Below are positions 1-9,972 of a DNA stretch of 64,000 bases, one piece after another. The stretch's first letter is position 1. Every line of letters starts with the position of its first letter. Both the position numbers and the translations under genes were made by a program. The stretch lies in assembly GCA_035559535.1 (NCBI GenBank), contig DATMBG010000004.1, forward strand, positions 1-64,000, read 5' to 3'. A model generated the notes under the pieces. That model was not told the origin of the DNA, did not search any database, and was given only the letters and a program-made list of their open reading frames with translations. Origin of the DNA: Candidatus Limnocylindrales bacterium (lineage in GTDB: Bacteria > Moduliflexota > Moduliflexia > Moduliflexales > JAUQPW01).

Positions 1-2589
1 ATCTACCGGATCATAATCCAGTGCATGAAAAGCCAAAGTACCCACAGAACTCCCAGCAGGTTGGGTTTGCATAATTCGACTTGCCCAGGTCTTGGTAAGG
101 GGATTGTAGGCATAGAAGACTCCGTTTGCAACCCCACCTCCAATGATTTGATTCACCGAATCATAGGCCCAGCCAGATTCCTGTGAATTAGGAATATCTC
201 CTGTCATATCGGTCACTTCTTTAATTTTGGATGCACTCCAATTCTTACGATTAAGAGTTATCTCAAACACTCTGGTCGGATTTCCTCGAGCAAGGTAATA
301 CATTTTTTGATTGGGTGGATAATAGATCAGATTATTTGCATATCCCAGAGCGCCATCTGCGTAGCTGAGAACCGGCGTTCTTTTATTTGTTATAGGATTA
401 TAGGTCCAGAGACCATACTGGCTCATAATAACAACTAATCCAGACACCGGATCATATTCGGCAGCAGCCGTAGGATCCATGGCATCTACAGAAGTATAAG
501 ACCAGGTTTTGGCTACAGGGTCATAAATTGCAACTTTACTGTTTTTTTGGTATAAGGGTTCATTCTTCGTTACTGGGTCTACCCGAGGAGTACAGCGACC
601 TGTCCCATTGGCATACCCTAACAGCAATAGCTTCTTGGTATTATCCGGAATAACGAGCATATCATATGTATGACGAGCCAGAGGATGACCCGTCGTTATC
701 CACTTTCCATTCACTTTATCCATATTCGCCAGGTTGGTCATCTCTGAACAGAGGGTAGAAGGATAGGCACTTTGCCAGGTAAGCGTATTAAAGTTGAACA
801 CACTGACATCATCTCTAAAGGTAGAGGCATGCCCGCCTCCAAACATAAGTAGCTGATGGTTAAATTTATCGTAGATCAGTCTGCTATAATCGGTGATAGC
901 TTCACACCAGGAAGGGTCGTCGGCCGGTTGATCGCAGGTATACTTTCCCAAATCGAGGGCCGTATTATCGGGAAGATTTTGTAAAAGTGACTTTAGATTG
1001 GTTATAACCTCGGGTGAATTTTCTTTATCGAGCTTAATCTGAGGGTTGTGAGAAACACTTGGGGGGGTTTGAACAAGAGCCTGAGTCGTTGCACTAATAC
1101 CCGGGGATTGTGGCGAGTCATTTCCTGCTCCATCATAGGCAGATACCGTATACGTATAGGTCGTTGAGGGCTCTAGAGTAGTATCTGAAAAAACAGTGGA
1201 GTGCGTGGTAGAGAGTAGCTTACCATTTCGGTAAATCTTGTATCCGACAACTCCCATGTTATCAGTTGCCGGGAGCCATGAAAGATCAATCTGGGATGAA
1301 GAAATTACAGTTGCCGTAAGATGAGAAGGAACGGAAGGGGGAATCTTATCAGAGAAGCTGGGGGTTCCAAATTCATAAGCACCTATATCGATGGCACTCC
1401 CTACCATGGTCCGCGGTTCTCGGTTCGCCAAATGAACATATTGCCATATCGGGGTTAGGTCTACATTATTGGCTTTACCTGGATTAACTCCGGCATCGAT
1501 CGCCGGTGAACCCTTGACAAGATGATAATCAAAATTAGCCCTATCGACAAAAGGTGAATCCTGGGTAACAAGATTGGCTATTTGTTGACCTTTCCCCCAT
1601 AAAACGGTGCCTGGCCCCACAAAAAGATTATTTATTAAGGTTACCTTTGGATTTCCAAAAATCTGAACAAAAATACCTCCGGATGGATAATCATTAACAA
1701 ACGTGTTATTAACCACATAAAGCTGTTGAACTGGATTCGTACCGCCCTCTGCGGCATAGGCTATTATGCTAAAGTTATCGGTATCGGGTCCCTGCTGAAT
1801 CAAATTACCAATCAGATAAGAAGCTCCCCCGTTGGGTAGATCAATGGCATAACTGGAAGCACCTGTTTGCTCATCCATAATCCGATTGTAAAGGATATAA
1901 TTTTCCTGCGCCCGACTCTTTACATTATGCCCAATTCTCGCATGATGGATATAACTATAACGCAGGGTAAAGCTTCGGATCTTGCCAACATAAATATTAT
2001 GAGCATGAACACTCGAGTCATCCCCTCTATAATAATTATTGGCAAACTCCGAGTATTCAATGAGGAGGTCGCTTTTAGGATTAGCTCCGGTAAGAATACC
2101 CATTTCATTATCATGGAAATAGCAATTTCTAACTGTAAGCCCGGAACCTTCCAGACGGATTCCAGCCCCATTATGATCGGGAACTACTGCGTCTGAGAAT
2201 TCGATATTTTCAATGGTGGTATTATCTCCTGCAATAACCCAGATTCCTTTACCCTGAGCACTGGCTCCATTTGCCTTAAGATGAGCTTTACCCCCAACCC
2301 CTCGAATGGTTAAATTATTTGCATGCCAGACGGCTACATCGGCCGTATAGATACCAGCATCGATTTCAATTATGTCCTTATCCTTGGCTACTGCGGCTGC
2401 TTGACTTGGCTTCGCATAGGGCTTTCCAGGTCCAACCCGGAGTATTGAAGCCGCATTTACCTTACCCGTACAGGAGGAAAATAAAGGGATCAAAATTAGA
2501 ATCAACAGGATTGACCGAGCTACTATGACCTTTGGTGTAAAGTTGTAAATCCAATTCCCTATAGAGCTGATGGGATAACTTTTATACAT
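1..2589 (-). CDS. Secreted multidomain protein: right-handed beta-helix (pectin-lyase-like) + fibronectin type III + Kelch-like beta-propeller; 3' end beyond window
   Basis: Not in the ORF track. Manual reverse-strand translation from ATG at 2589 appears open to position 1: MYKSYP..., hydrophobic ILLILILIPLFSSC, VGPGKPYAKPSQAAA, beta-helix turns (GAGIRLEG, FHDNEMGIL, GHNVKSRA), DIGAYE, FN3 (DKIPPSVPSHL..IDLSW..YTYTVSAYDGAGN), then propeller-like YDP/FGGGH repeats. Confidence 0.85.
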   Translation of the reverse strand, partial: MYKSYPISSIGNWIYNFTPKVIVARSILLILILIPLFSSCTGKVNAASILRVGPGKPYAKPSQAAAVAKDKDIIEIDAGIYTADVAVWHANNLTIRGVGGKAHLKANGASAQGKGIWVIAGDNTTIENIEFSDAVVPDHNGAGIRLEGSGLTVRNCYFHDNEMGILTGANPKSDLLIEYSEFANNYYRGDDSSVHAHNIYVGKIRSFTLRYSYIHHARIGHNVKSRAQENYILYNRIMDEQTGASSYAIDLPNGGASYLIGNLIQQGPDTDNFSIIAYAAEGGTNPVQQLYVVNNTFVNDYPSGGIFVQIFGNPKVTLINNLFVGPGTVLWGKGQQIANLVTQDSPFVDRANFDYHLVKGSPAIDAGVNPGKANNVDLTPIWQYVHLANREPRTMVGSAIDIGAYEFGTPSFSDKIPPSVPSHLTATVISSSQIDLSWLPATDNMGVVGYKIYRNGKLLSTTHSTVFSDTTLEPSTTYTYTVSAYDGAGNDSPQSPGISATTQALVQTPPSVSHNPQIKLDKENSPEVITNLKSLLQNLPDNTALDLGKYTCDQPADDPSWCEAITDYSRLIYDKFNHQLLMFGGGHASTFRDDVSVFNFNTLTWQSAYPSTLCSEMTNLANMDKVNGKWITTGHPLARHTYDMLVIPDNTKKLLLLGYANGTGRCTPRVDPVTKNEPLYQKNSKVAIYDPVAKTWSYTSVDAMDPTAAAEYDPVSGLVVIMSQYGLWTYNPITNKRTPVLSYADGALGYANNLIYYPPNQKMYYLARGNPTRVFEITLNRKNWSASKIKEVTDMTGDIPNSQESGWAYDSVNQIIGGGVANGVFYAYNPLTKTWASRIMQTQPAGSSVGTLAFHALDYDPVD

Positions 2590-2857
2590 TTTTTCAATTT
2601 CTATTTGCCTGATTGCCGAAGAATCTACCGGATCCTTGTAGATTCGGACCGGCTTGAGGCTGATATAAAGAATGTAACTTAAATGTAAAACACCCTATAC
2701 CTGCCAGGCTGCCTGGGTGCCCGTAATACCTCTTCATTTTGAAATTTAAAGATATATTCATTAATATGACCCCTTAGAGGTCAAGTAGGTTTAAAAAATT
2801 TAACCCTAAAAAACTGATTTTTCTTTTTGGACCTGGGTTTGTTGATGAAGTTTGAAC

Positions 2858-2887
2858 TTGACAATTCTAACATTTTAAATCTATATT
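2858..2887 (+). promoter_or_regulatory. Putative sigma-70 promoter for the 2991-6757 operon
   Basis: TTGACA-18 nt-TATATT. Confidence 0.5.
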
Positions 2888-2990
2888 TGTTATTCAATTG
2901 GATCTGTGATCTGTCCTGATTGAATCGATGGGCTGAATGTTTTGGAGTTTTTAGAGAGATTGTGCAGGTAATTTTATTATTTCAAACGAG

Positions 2991-4874
2991 TTGTTCATTG
3001 GACTTGATAAAAGTTTCGATGGACAGATAGAAGACGACCCCTTGGGAAATTTTCTGGTTATTATCTCCTCAAAGGATTTTCAAAGTGAAGCTAACCAATT
3101 ATTTCGTTCCAGCTTAGAGATCGCTCGCTATATAAAATTTCCACCTCCTGGTAGGATTGTAGAAACAGAATGGGCTTATGCTGCATCCTTTGCACGTCAA
3201 AACGGTTCTGGCACATCCCTTGTTTATGATCCGGAGACAGAAAGCTGGTTGCTTGCTATGGGGGTCTGGTTTCATGCAGACGGTTATGGAAGTGGTGAAG
3301 AATCTCGTTTGCTGGCCCGATATCTGGAGTTAGATCCTCTTCTACTTGGAAGAGAGTTGGAAGGATTCTTTGTCATTGTTATTGGGGATGGGAGGACCCG
3401 AGAAACGATTGTCCTTACAGATATTGTGGGTAGCTGTCATGGTTTCTTTCGATCCTGGAAGCAGGGTATCGCTTTATCCGGCTCTTCCTTACTCCTGGCA
3501 GGTTTGGGGAATTTTAACCTGGACCCCGTTGGTTGCCAGGAATTTCTCTGTACCGGGATCATTTACGAAGATCGAACTTTTTACCAAGAGGTACGTAAAC
3601 TAGAGCCTGCTTCGGTCTTCCGATTTGCAAAAGGTGCGCTGGTATCTAAGCAGCGATACTGGCAGATTACAGATATTGTCCCCGAATCCTTAGATGGGCA
3701 GTTTGCCGTAAGAAGATTGGGAGAAACTCTCATAGGCACTGCACAGAAGGTTGGACGTATTTTCACGCGTCCTGTTTGTGATCTGACAGGTGGTTATGAT
3801 TCTCGAGCCCTTGTATCCGCCTTCTTATCATCCGGTGTAAAATTTACAACCGTCGTATCCGGGCCAGCCGAGAGCCCCGATGTGATGGTATCGCGTAATC
3901 TGGCTCAACTTATAGGACTCCCCCACTTACATATCGAGCCGCCTGGGTCGATATCCTTGGATTATATTCGGCAGGCTCTTGGATTGACGGATGGGGAGTA
4001 TGATCTTGTAGAATATGCGCGAATTTTGAGGATTCATCAAGTTCTATCGGAGCAATTCGATATCAGCATTAATGGTTCGTTCGGGGAGTTAGCTCGTGGT
4101 TATTGGTGGGAATTACTTTTTCCGTACACAGGAGCCTATCGTAAACTGGATTCCCAAAAACTCGCAAAATTGCGCTATGCGGCCCAAAGTTTTGATGCTT
4201 CATTATTTCCACCTGAAACTAAGCTAGATCTTGTTTCCCATTTTGCCGACGTCATTGAACGAACTAACAGGGGTCTTTCTCAACTTCCTAATACCTTGCA
4301 GATGGATCACGTTTACCTGATGATGCGAATGCAACGATGGCAGGGGCGGATTGCAAGCAGTACCAATCGACTTTGGCCCTGTTTATCACCCTTTCTTTTC
4401 CGTCCGGTTCTGGAAACAGTGCTTCAAACCCGCGCCCATCTTCGCCAACGAAGTTTACTAATTCGACGGATGTTAGCCGAGTTTCAACCCCAGATGGCAG
4501 AATTTCCACTTGAACATGGTTATCCGGCCCTGCCGGCTACGTGGAAAAATTTCTACCGCTTCTGGCCCCTGTTGGGGTATTATGGAACAAAAGTTCTGTC
4601 CAAGATGGCTCACCGGATAGGCAAGAATTGGTTATCACAAACCTCACCCATTGACTACGATCTCATACGATTACAACTCTGGAGTGAAGAAGAAGTTCAG
4701 GAACTGTTACGACCTACCACCATGGAACTTGGTTGCCTGGTTGATCCGGCTGCCTTAAATAATTTCATCCAACGATCGCGGCAAAAAAACTTCCCTTTCA
4801 ACAAGCAATGGGTATGGATATTCAGTCTGGAATACACCTTACGGATTTTAAAAGGTAAGAAAACTCAACTCTAG
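2991..4874 (+). CDS. Asparagine synthetase-like (amide ligase) protein with degenerate glutaminase domain; start may be TTG at 3042
   Basis: PP-loop-like DLTGGYDSR, EVRKLEP and SPFL segments typical of AsnB folds; no N-terminal catalytic Cys. Confidence 0.75.
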   Translation: MFIGLDKSFDGQIEDDPLGNFLVIISSKDFQSEANQLFRSSLEIARYIKFPPPGRIVETEWAYAASFARQNGSGTSLVYDPETESWLLAMGVWFHADGYGSGEESRLLARYLELDPLLLGRELEGFFVIVIGDGRTRETIVLTDIVGSCHGFFRSWKQGIALSGSSLLLAGLGNFNLDPVGCQEFLCTGIIYEDRTFYQEVRKLEPASVFRFAKGALVSKQRYWQITDIVPESLDGQFAVRRLGETLIGTAQKVGRIFTRPVCDLTGGYDSRALVSAFLSSGVKFTTVVSGPAESPDVMVSRNLAQLIGLPHLHIEPPGSISLDYIRQALGLTDGEYDLVEYARILRIHQVLSEQFDISINGSFGELARGYWWELLFPYTGAYRKLDSQKLAKLRYAAQSFDASLFPPETKLDLVSHFADVIERTNRGLSQLPNTLQMDHVYLMMRMQRWQGRIASSTNRLWPCLSPFLFRPVLETVLQTRAHLRQRSLLIRRMLAEFQPQMAEFPLEHGYPALPATWKNFYRFWPLLGYYGTKVLSKMAHRIGKNWLSQTSPIDYDLIRLQLWSEEEVQELLRPTTMELGCLVDPAALNNFIQRSRQKNFPFNKQWVWIFSLEYTLRILKGKKTQL

Positions 4875-4940
4875 CCGGTGAGTTAAGGTTTATATGTCAA
4901 TCAACTCGCTTTAATTATACCTTCCTAACAGGAGAGGCCC

Positions 4941-5906
4941 ATGCAATCCCAAATCAAATTATCGACGGCCATTGAAGAGTTACTTCGTTGCCCGATTTGT
5001 AGAGCGAGATTTGAGCGAATAACTGATCAGTATATCTGTACCGGCTCTGAATGCCATGCCCGTTTTCCCATTATAAATGGCATTCCTGTGTTACTTAATG
5101 AGAACGCCAGTCTGTTTTCCATTCAGGATCTTGTCTCCCAGAGTAATAGGACTTCTACTTTCCAAGAAAATAAGATCCAGAAAGTGTTAAGGCAATTAAT
5201 ACCGGGTATCGGTCAAAATGTGAAGGGTAAGCAGAATTACAGTAAGTTTGCTAAACTACTGCTTGATCAATCCACTACTCCAAAGGTTTTGGTAGTTGGC
5301 TGTGGAACGCTGGGTGAAGGAATGGAATCTCTTCTGATTCATTCCTCTATTGAGTTAATAGAAACGGATATCTTGTTTGGGCCCCGTACCATGCTGATAT
5401 GTGACGCGCATGATCTCCCCTTTGAAAGCGACTCATTTGATGGGGTAATTGTACAGGCAGTTCTTGAACATGTTGTGGATCCCTATCGATGTGTTGAAGA
5501 GATTCATCGGGTTCTTAAGAAACAGGGTTTAGTCTATGCCGAAACTCCCTTCATGCAACAAGTGCACATGGGTCGCTATGACTTTACGAGGTTTACTTAT
5601 TTGGGGCATCGCCGCTTGTTTCGAAGATTTGAAGAAATCGATAGTGGGGCAACCTGCGGTCCAGGGATGGCCTTAGCATGGGCCTATCGATACTTCCTTT
5701 TGAGCTTTACAGAATCAAACCTCTTAAGAAGTTTTATCAAAGTGTTTGCCAGCTTTACATCTTTTTACTTGAAATACCTGGATCGTTATTTGATTGAGAA
5801 GGCAGGTACACTGGACGCTGCTTCAAGCTATTACTTTATAGGCAAAAAGAGTCATTATACCCTATCTGATCGAGAGCTAATCAAACTCTATAAAGGGGCA
5901 TTTTAG
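4941..5906 (+). CDS. Class I SAM-dependent methyltransferase with N-terminal Trm112-like zinc-ribbon
   Basis: LLRCPIC...C...FPIINGIPVLL; VLVVGCG; DAHDLPFESDSFD; VLEHV; RBS AGGAG. Confidence 0.85.
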   Translation: MQSQIKLSTAIEELLRCPICRARFERITDQYICTGSECHARFPIINGIPVLLNENASLFSIQDLVSQSNRTSTFQENKIQKVLRQLIPGIGQNVKGKQNYSKFAKLLLDQSTTPKVLVVGCGTLGEGMESLLIHSSIELIETDILFGPRTMLICDAHDLPFESDSFDGVIVQAVLEHVVDPYRCVEEIHRVLKKQGLVYAETPFMQQVHMGRYDFTRFTYLGHRRLFRRFEEIDSGATCGPGMALAWAYRYFLLSFTESNLLRSFIKVFASFTSFYLKYLDRYLIEKAGTLDAASSYYFIGKKSHYTLSDRELIKLYKGAF

Positions 5907-5917
5907 GAGAAGAAATT

Positions 5918-6757
5918 ATGAACGATGAAAAGGAATCCGGCCTACCCTCACAACCCCATCTATCCAGTTGGGATTACTCCAGCGATGAAAGATTTTACAA
6001 TTACTATGCAGAGGAGAGCCAGAGCGAGAAAGCACGAGAACGTTTTAGTTCCATATGTAATCTTATATTAAGGATGATAGGAACGGATAAAGCAGCCGCT
6101 CGTCCCCTTGAGGTGGCTGAAATTGGCTGTGGTGCAGGAACTATGTCTATTATGTGGGCTGAGATGGGTCATCATGCCCACGGTTTGGATATCAACAAAC
6201 CTCTTTTGGAGCTGGGTAAAAAGCGCGCGGCCGAAGCCGGTTACAAAATAGATTTCCAGGTTGGGTCTGCTGTGGAACTACCTTGGGCCGATGAGTCGAT
6301 GGATGTCTGTATCGCTCTTGGGCTCCTTGAACATGTGGCCGATTGGGAAACCTGTTTGAAGGAATTTACCAGAATCCTGCGAAAGGGAGGTATTCTCTGT
6401 CTGATGACTACCAACAAACTCTGCCCTATACAAGAGGAATACAATTTACCTTTATATAGCTGGTATCCCCCGTTCCTTAAGCATTACTTCGAGCGTCTTG
6501 CCATGACGAAACGTCCGGATCTTGTTAACTTTACAAGGTATCCTGCCGTGAATTGGTTCAGTTTCTATAGCTTACGAAAGGTATTAACGGCTCAAGGATT
6601 TCGTTGTTTTGACCGGTTTGATGTGATAGACACTTCCAAAAAGGGTACTTTGACAAAATGGCTGGTAGCTTCTATACGTACCATACCTATACTCAGGTGG
6701 CTTGCCCATACTGCCACATCGAGCACCATAGTTGTTGCGATAAAAGGCCTAAATTAA
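5918..6757 (+). CDS. Class I SAM-dependent methyltransferase (UbiG-like)
   Basis: AEIGCGAG, GLDIN, LPWADESMD, LLEHV, RILRKGG. Confidence 0.85.
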   Translation: MNDEKESGLPSQPHLSSWDYSSDERFYNYYAEESQSEKARERFSSICNLILRMIGTDKAAARPLEVAEIGCGAGTMSIMWAEMGHHAHGLDINKPLLELGKKRAAEAGYKIDFQVGSAVELPWADESMDVCIALGLLEHVADWETCLKEFTRILRKGGILCLMTTNKLCPIQEEYNLPLYSWYPPFLKHYFERLAMTKRPDLVNFTRYPAVNWFSFYSLRKVLTAQGFRCFDRFDVIDTSKKGTLTKWLVASIRTIPILRWLAHTATSSTIVVAIKGLN

Positions 6758-6794
6758 CCAGATTAAATTGATCAAATCAAGGGGTTTCACATCT

Positions 6795-8669
6795 TTATTG
6801 GAATTCCTGTTGCCACATTTTAAACATCAGTAAGGTCCAGAGCTCTGTCGAACGATCACGAAGACCGCTCTGATGTTCCTTCCAAATTTGCCGGATGGTC
6901 CTATCATTAAGTAAATCATTACCGCCTGGCCGGAAGATCACATTGTGGGCCATATCTTTCAGCTCATTCCGAAACCATCGCGCCAGCGGGACGGCAAATC
7001 CCATTTTCCTTCTATAAAGGATCTCCTTCGGGAGAAGATTTTCTAAGGACTTTTTAAAAATATATTTGCCTGTTCTTCCTCGAAGTTTCAGGTGGGAGGG
7101 AATTGTTGCAACTAATTCCATGAATTTATGATCCAGTATGGGTGCACGAACTTCCAGGGAATTGGCCATACTTGCTCGATCAACCTTGACCAGAATATCA
7201 TCGGTTAGATAGGTCTTAATGTCCACATATTGAATCCGGGAAAGGGGATCTTGTGTATCGGCTTTGTCGTAGTAATATCGAAACACATCGAGGGTATTAT
7301 ATCCGGCCAGTTTCTGTTTGATATCCGGATGAAGGAGTTTTTCTTTCAGAGCCGGTCGAAAAGCTGACATGGATAGGAAGTAACCCTCGATAGGGGAGCA
7401 GGCCAGGCTTTCAAAAGTGGCCTTTCCTCTAAAAATACGGGGAGCCCAGTCTGCCTTTGGGTAAAGACTGGCCAATGTCCCAAAGAGGGGTCGACGGATA
7501 CGATAGGGTAAGAGGGTACGGAGGTTATTTTCTCGCTTATCAAAGTAATAACGACGATAGCCTGCAAAATTTTCGTCCCCCCCATCACCTGAAAGTGCAA
7601 CCGTCACGTGCTCCCGTGCAGCTTTGGAAACATAATAGGTTGGAATAGCCGAGGAGTCTGCGAATGGCTCGTCATAATGCCAGGCGAGTTTATCGAGAAT
7701 TCCAACAGCATCGGGGCGAACAATTTGCTCGTGGTATTCAATATTGAATTTAGAGGCCACAATCCTGGCATAATTTAGCTCATTATATTCTTCTTCCTCA
7801 AACCCTATGGAGGAGGTAATGACAGGTCCTCCCATCAGTTGACTCATAAGGGCAACAACTGAAGATGAGTCAATTCCACCTGAGAGAAAAGCACCCAGGG
7901 GCACATCACTGATCAAACGGATACGAACGGCTTCCCGATAGGTTTCAAGAATATGTGCGCACCATTCTTCCTCGGTCAAATCCCTGGGATGAGCAAAGCT
8001 GATATCCCAGTATTCAACTTCTCGCAGGGTGTTATTGGATACAACTAAATAATGACCGGGGCGTACCTTACGAATATGCTTAAAAATAGATTTTGGGACC
8101 GGGATATAGAGGAGTGAGAAGTAATCAGAGAGGGCTTCCAGATCAATCTCACGAGGGAGGTTTGGCACTTTTAAGATGGCTTTCATTTCAGAAGCGAAAA
8201 TAATTCGAGAGCCATCATAAAAATAAAATATAGGCTTTTTACCCACCCTATCCCGTGCCAGGAGAAGCTTTTTTTCTCGTTCGTCCCAAATAGCAATGGC
8301 AAACATCCCGCGCATATATCGAAAGCACTGCTCTCCATACTCCTCATAGAGATGAACGATAACTTCCGTATCAGACCGGGTTTTAAAGATATGACCTTTC
8401 TTCATCAGGTCATCCTGTAATTCATCAAAATTGTAAATCTCTCCGTTGAAGACAACCCATACCGTCTGATCTTCGTTGGTCATGGGTTGATGCCCACCCG
8501 ACAGGTCAATAATGGAAAGCCTTCGATGACCCAGTCCAACAGGTCCCGATATATAATATCCATCATCATCCGGCCCTCGATGGGTCATGGTATCGGTCAT
8601 ACTTTTCAGTAAATCCCAAGAAACCGGATTATTCGTTCTAAAATTATAAATACCACTAATACCGCACAT
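6795..8669 (-). CDS. asnB: Glutamine-hydrolysing asparagine synthetase-family amidotransferase (EPS-associated type)
   Basis: MCGI N-terminus, HRGPD, LGHRRLSIID, FNGEIYN, FLSGGIDSS, SGDGGDE, EVRAPILD. Confidence 0.92.
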   Translation of the reverse strand: MCGISGIYNFRTNNPVSWDLLKSMTDTMTHRGPDDDGYYISGPVGLGHRRLSIIDLSGGHQPMTNEDQTVWVVFNGEIYNFDELQDDLMKKGHIFKTRSDTEVIVHLYEEYGEQCFRYMRGMFAIAIWDEREKKLLLARDRVGKKPIFYFYDGSRIIFASEMKAILKVPNLPREIDLEALSDYFSLLYIPVPKSIFKHIRKVRPGHYLVVSNNTLREVEYWDISFAHPRDLTEEEWCAHILETYREAVRIRLISDVPLGAFLSGGIDSSSVVALMSQLMGGPVITSSIGFEEEEYNELNYARIVASKFNIEYHEQIVRPDAVGILDKLAWHYDEPFADSSAIPTYYVSKAAREHVTVALSGDGGDENFAGYRRYYFDKRENNLRTLLPYRIRRPLFGTLASLYPKADWAPRIFRGKATFESLACSPIEGYFLSMSAFRPALKEKLLHPDIKQKLAGYNTLDVFRYYYDKADTQDPLSRIQYVDIKTYLTDDILVKVDRASMANSLEVRAPILDHKFMELVATIPSHLKLRGRTGKYIFKKSLENLLPKEILYRRKMGFAVPLARWFRNELKDMAHNVIFRPGGNDLLNDRTIRQIWKEHQSGLRDRSTELWTLLMFKMWQQEFQ

Positions 8670-8686
8670 AGTTTCTCCCAGGATGT

Positions 8687-9817
8687 TTAGTTATTTTTTG
8701 TTTCCATCATCAAATGGGTATAGAATGACTCATAATTAGCAACCATTCTATCCAGGCTAAACCTATTTACCACCCTTTGCCGACCCGCCATTCCATGTTC
8801 CTTCATAATGGCTGGATTTAAAATATAACCCTCCAATACCTTTAACAGGGTAGCCAGGTCTTCTTTTGGAAACAGGTACCCTGTTTCCCCATTTACGACC
8901 AGTTCGGGATTCCCCCCTACGTGGGTTGCAACGACCGGTATTCCTGTAGCCATTGCCTCAAGAATGGTATTAGAAATACCTTCTGCCAGAGAGGGAAGTA
9001 CAAATATATCCAGTAATTTGAGAAGCTCGGCTACATCCATTCTGGCTCCCAAAAAACGAACACTTTTGCGAATTCCCAGATCATTCGCTAACTTTTCCAA
9101 ATCTCTCCAACAAGGACCATCGCCGATAATTAGTAAAGTTGAGTTATAATACCGGGCATTGAGTTGCGCAAAGGCTTTTATGAGAAGTTGCTGATCCTTG
9201 ATCGGGTCTAATCTCCCGACCGTACCCAATATGATATCTCTATCTGTATAGTTATACTTTGCTCGAATGAGGCCCTTATCATAAGGGTTAAATTTGACTG
9301 TATCCACGCCGTTATAAATAACATGGACCTTTTCCCCCTTGATCCCAACTTTATCTACCAGCCACTCCTTTAGCTCCTTAGAGACAGTAATATAACCATC
9401 TACAAAACAGGATAAACCTTTTCGGATAAGATTTTTCTTTTTATTCGTACCATAAGGGTCTGTTATATCTCTCCCATGTTCTCCATGTACAACAATGGGA
9501 ATTCCTGCTAATTTTGCCCCTATAATGCCATCGATAGCCCCCCAGTTTCTGGTATGGACAATATCTACCTTCACTTTCCTGAACAAACGTGCGACTCTTA
9601 GCGGAAGAAGCAACTCCCGGGCTTCACCTTTTTTCATTTCAAAGATTTCTACATCCTTTCTAATCAATTTTTCAGCACTTTGCCCGGATCGAGAAATGCA
9701 GCAGATCATATGCTTAAATTTATCTGGATCCATCTTATTAATAAGATTTACAACTCCATTTTCTAACCCTCCGATATTTAAAGAGGTTAAAACATGCATG
9801 ATTTTAATAGATTTCAT
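8687..9817 (-). CDS. Glycosyltransferase family 4 (PEP-CTERM/EpsH-associated type)
   Basis: GGLENGVVNLIN, HGEHGRD, EGISNTILEAMATG. Confidence 0.9.
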   Translation of the reverse strand: MKSIKIMHVLTSLNIGGLENGVVNLINKMDPDKFKHMICCISRSGQSAEKLIRKDVEIFEMKKGEARELLLPLRVARLFRKVKVDIVHTRNWGAIDGIIGAKLAGIPIVVHGEHGRDITDPYGTNKKKNLIRKGLSCFVDGYITVSKELKEWLVDKVGIKGEKVHVIYNGVDTVKFNPYDKGLIRAKYNYTDRDIILGTVGRLDPIKDQQLLIKAFAQLNARYYNSTLLIIGDGPCWRDLEKLANDLGIRKSVRFLGARMDVAELLKLLDIFVLPSLAEGISNTILEAMATGIPVVATHVGGNPELVVNGETGYLFPKEDLATLLKVLEGYILNPAIMKEHGMAGRQRVVNRFSLDRMVANYESFYTHLMMETKNN

Positions 9818-9972
9818 GAGAGTCTCTTAAAATTAACGAATCAAGATTCAAAGGGAAGATCAGGAATTTTGAGTTCAACCCCCCCAGGTAGAATAATAGA
9901 CGTAAAAGGTAAGCAAAACTAAGGAAACAAAATACTAAGCAAATTTCTCAGGTAAGGATAATCTGGACTATT

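Noticed and set aside
1867-2528. Three small ORFs in the track
   Set aside because: Shadow ORFs overlapping the long 1-2589 minus-strand gene
2590-2720. Sigma-54 promoter for the beta-helix gene
   Set aside because: TGGCA/CGGCA half-sites exist on the minus strand but without GC at the -12 position
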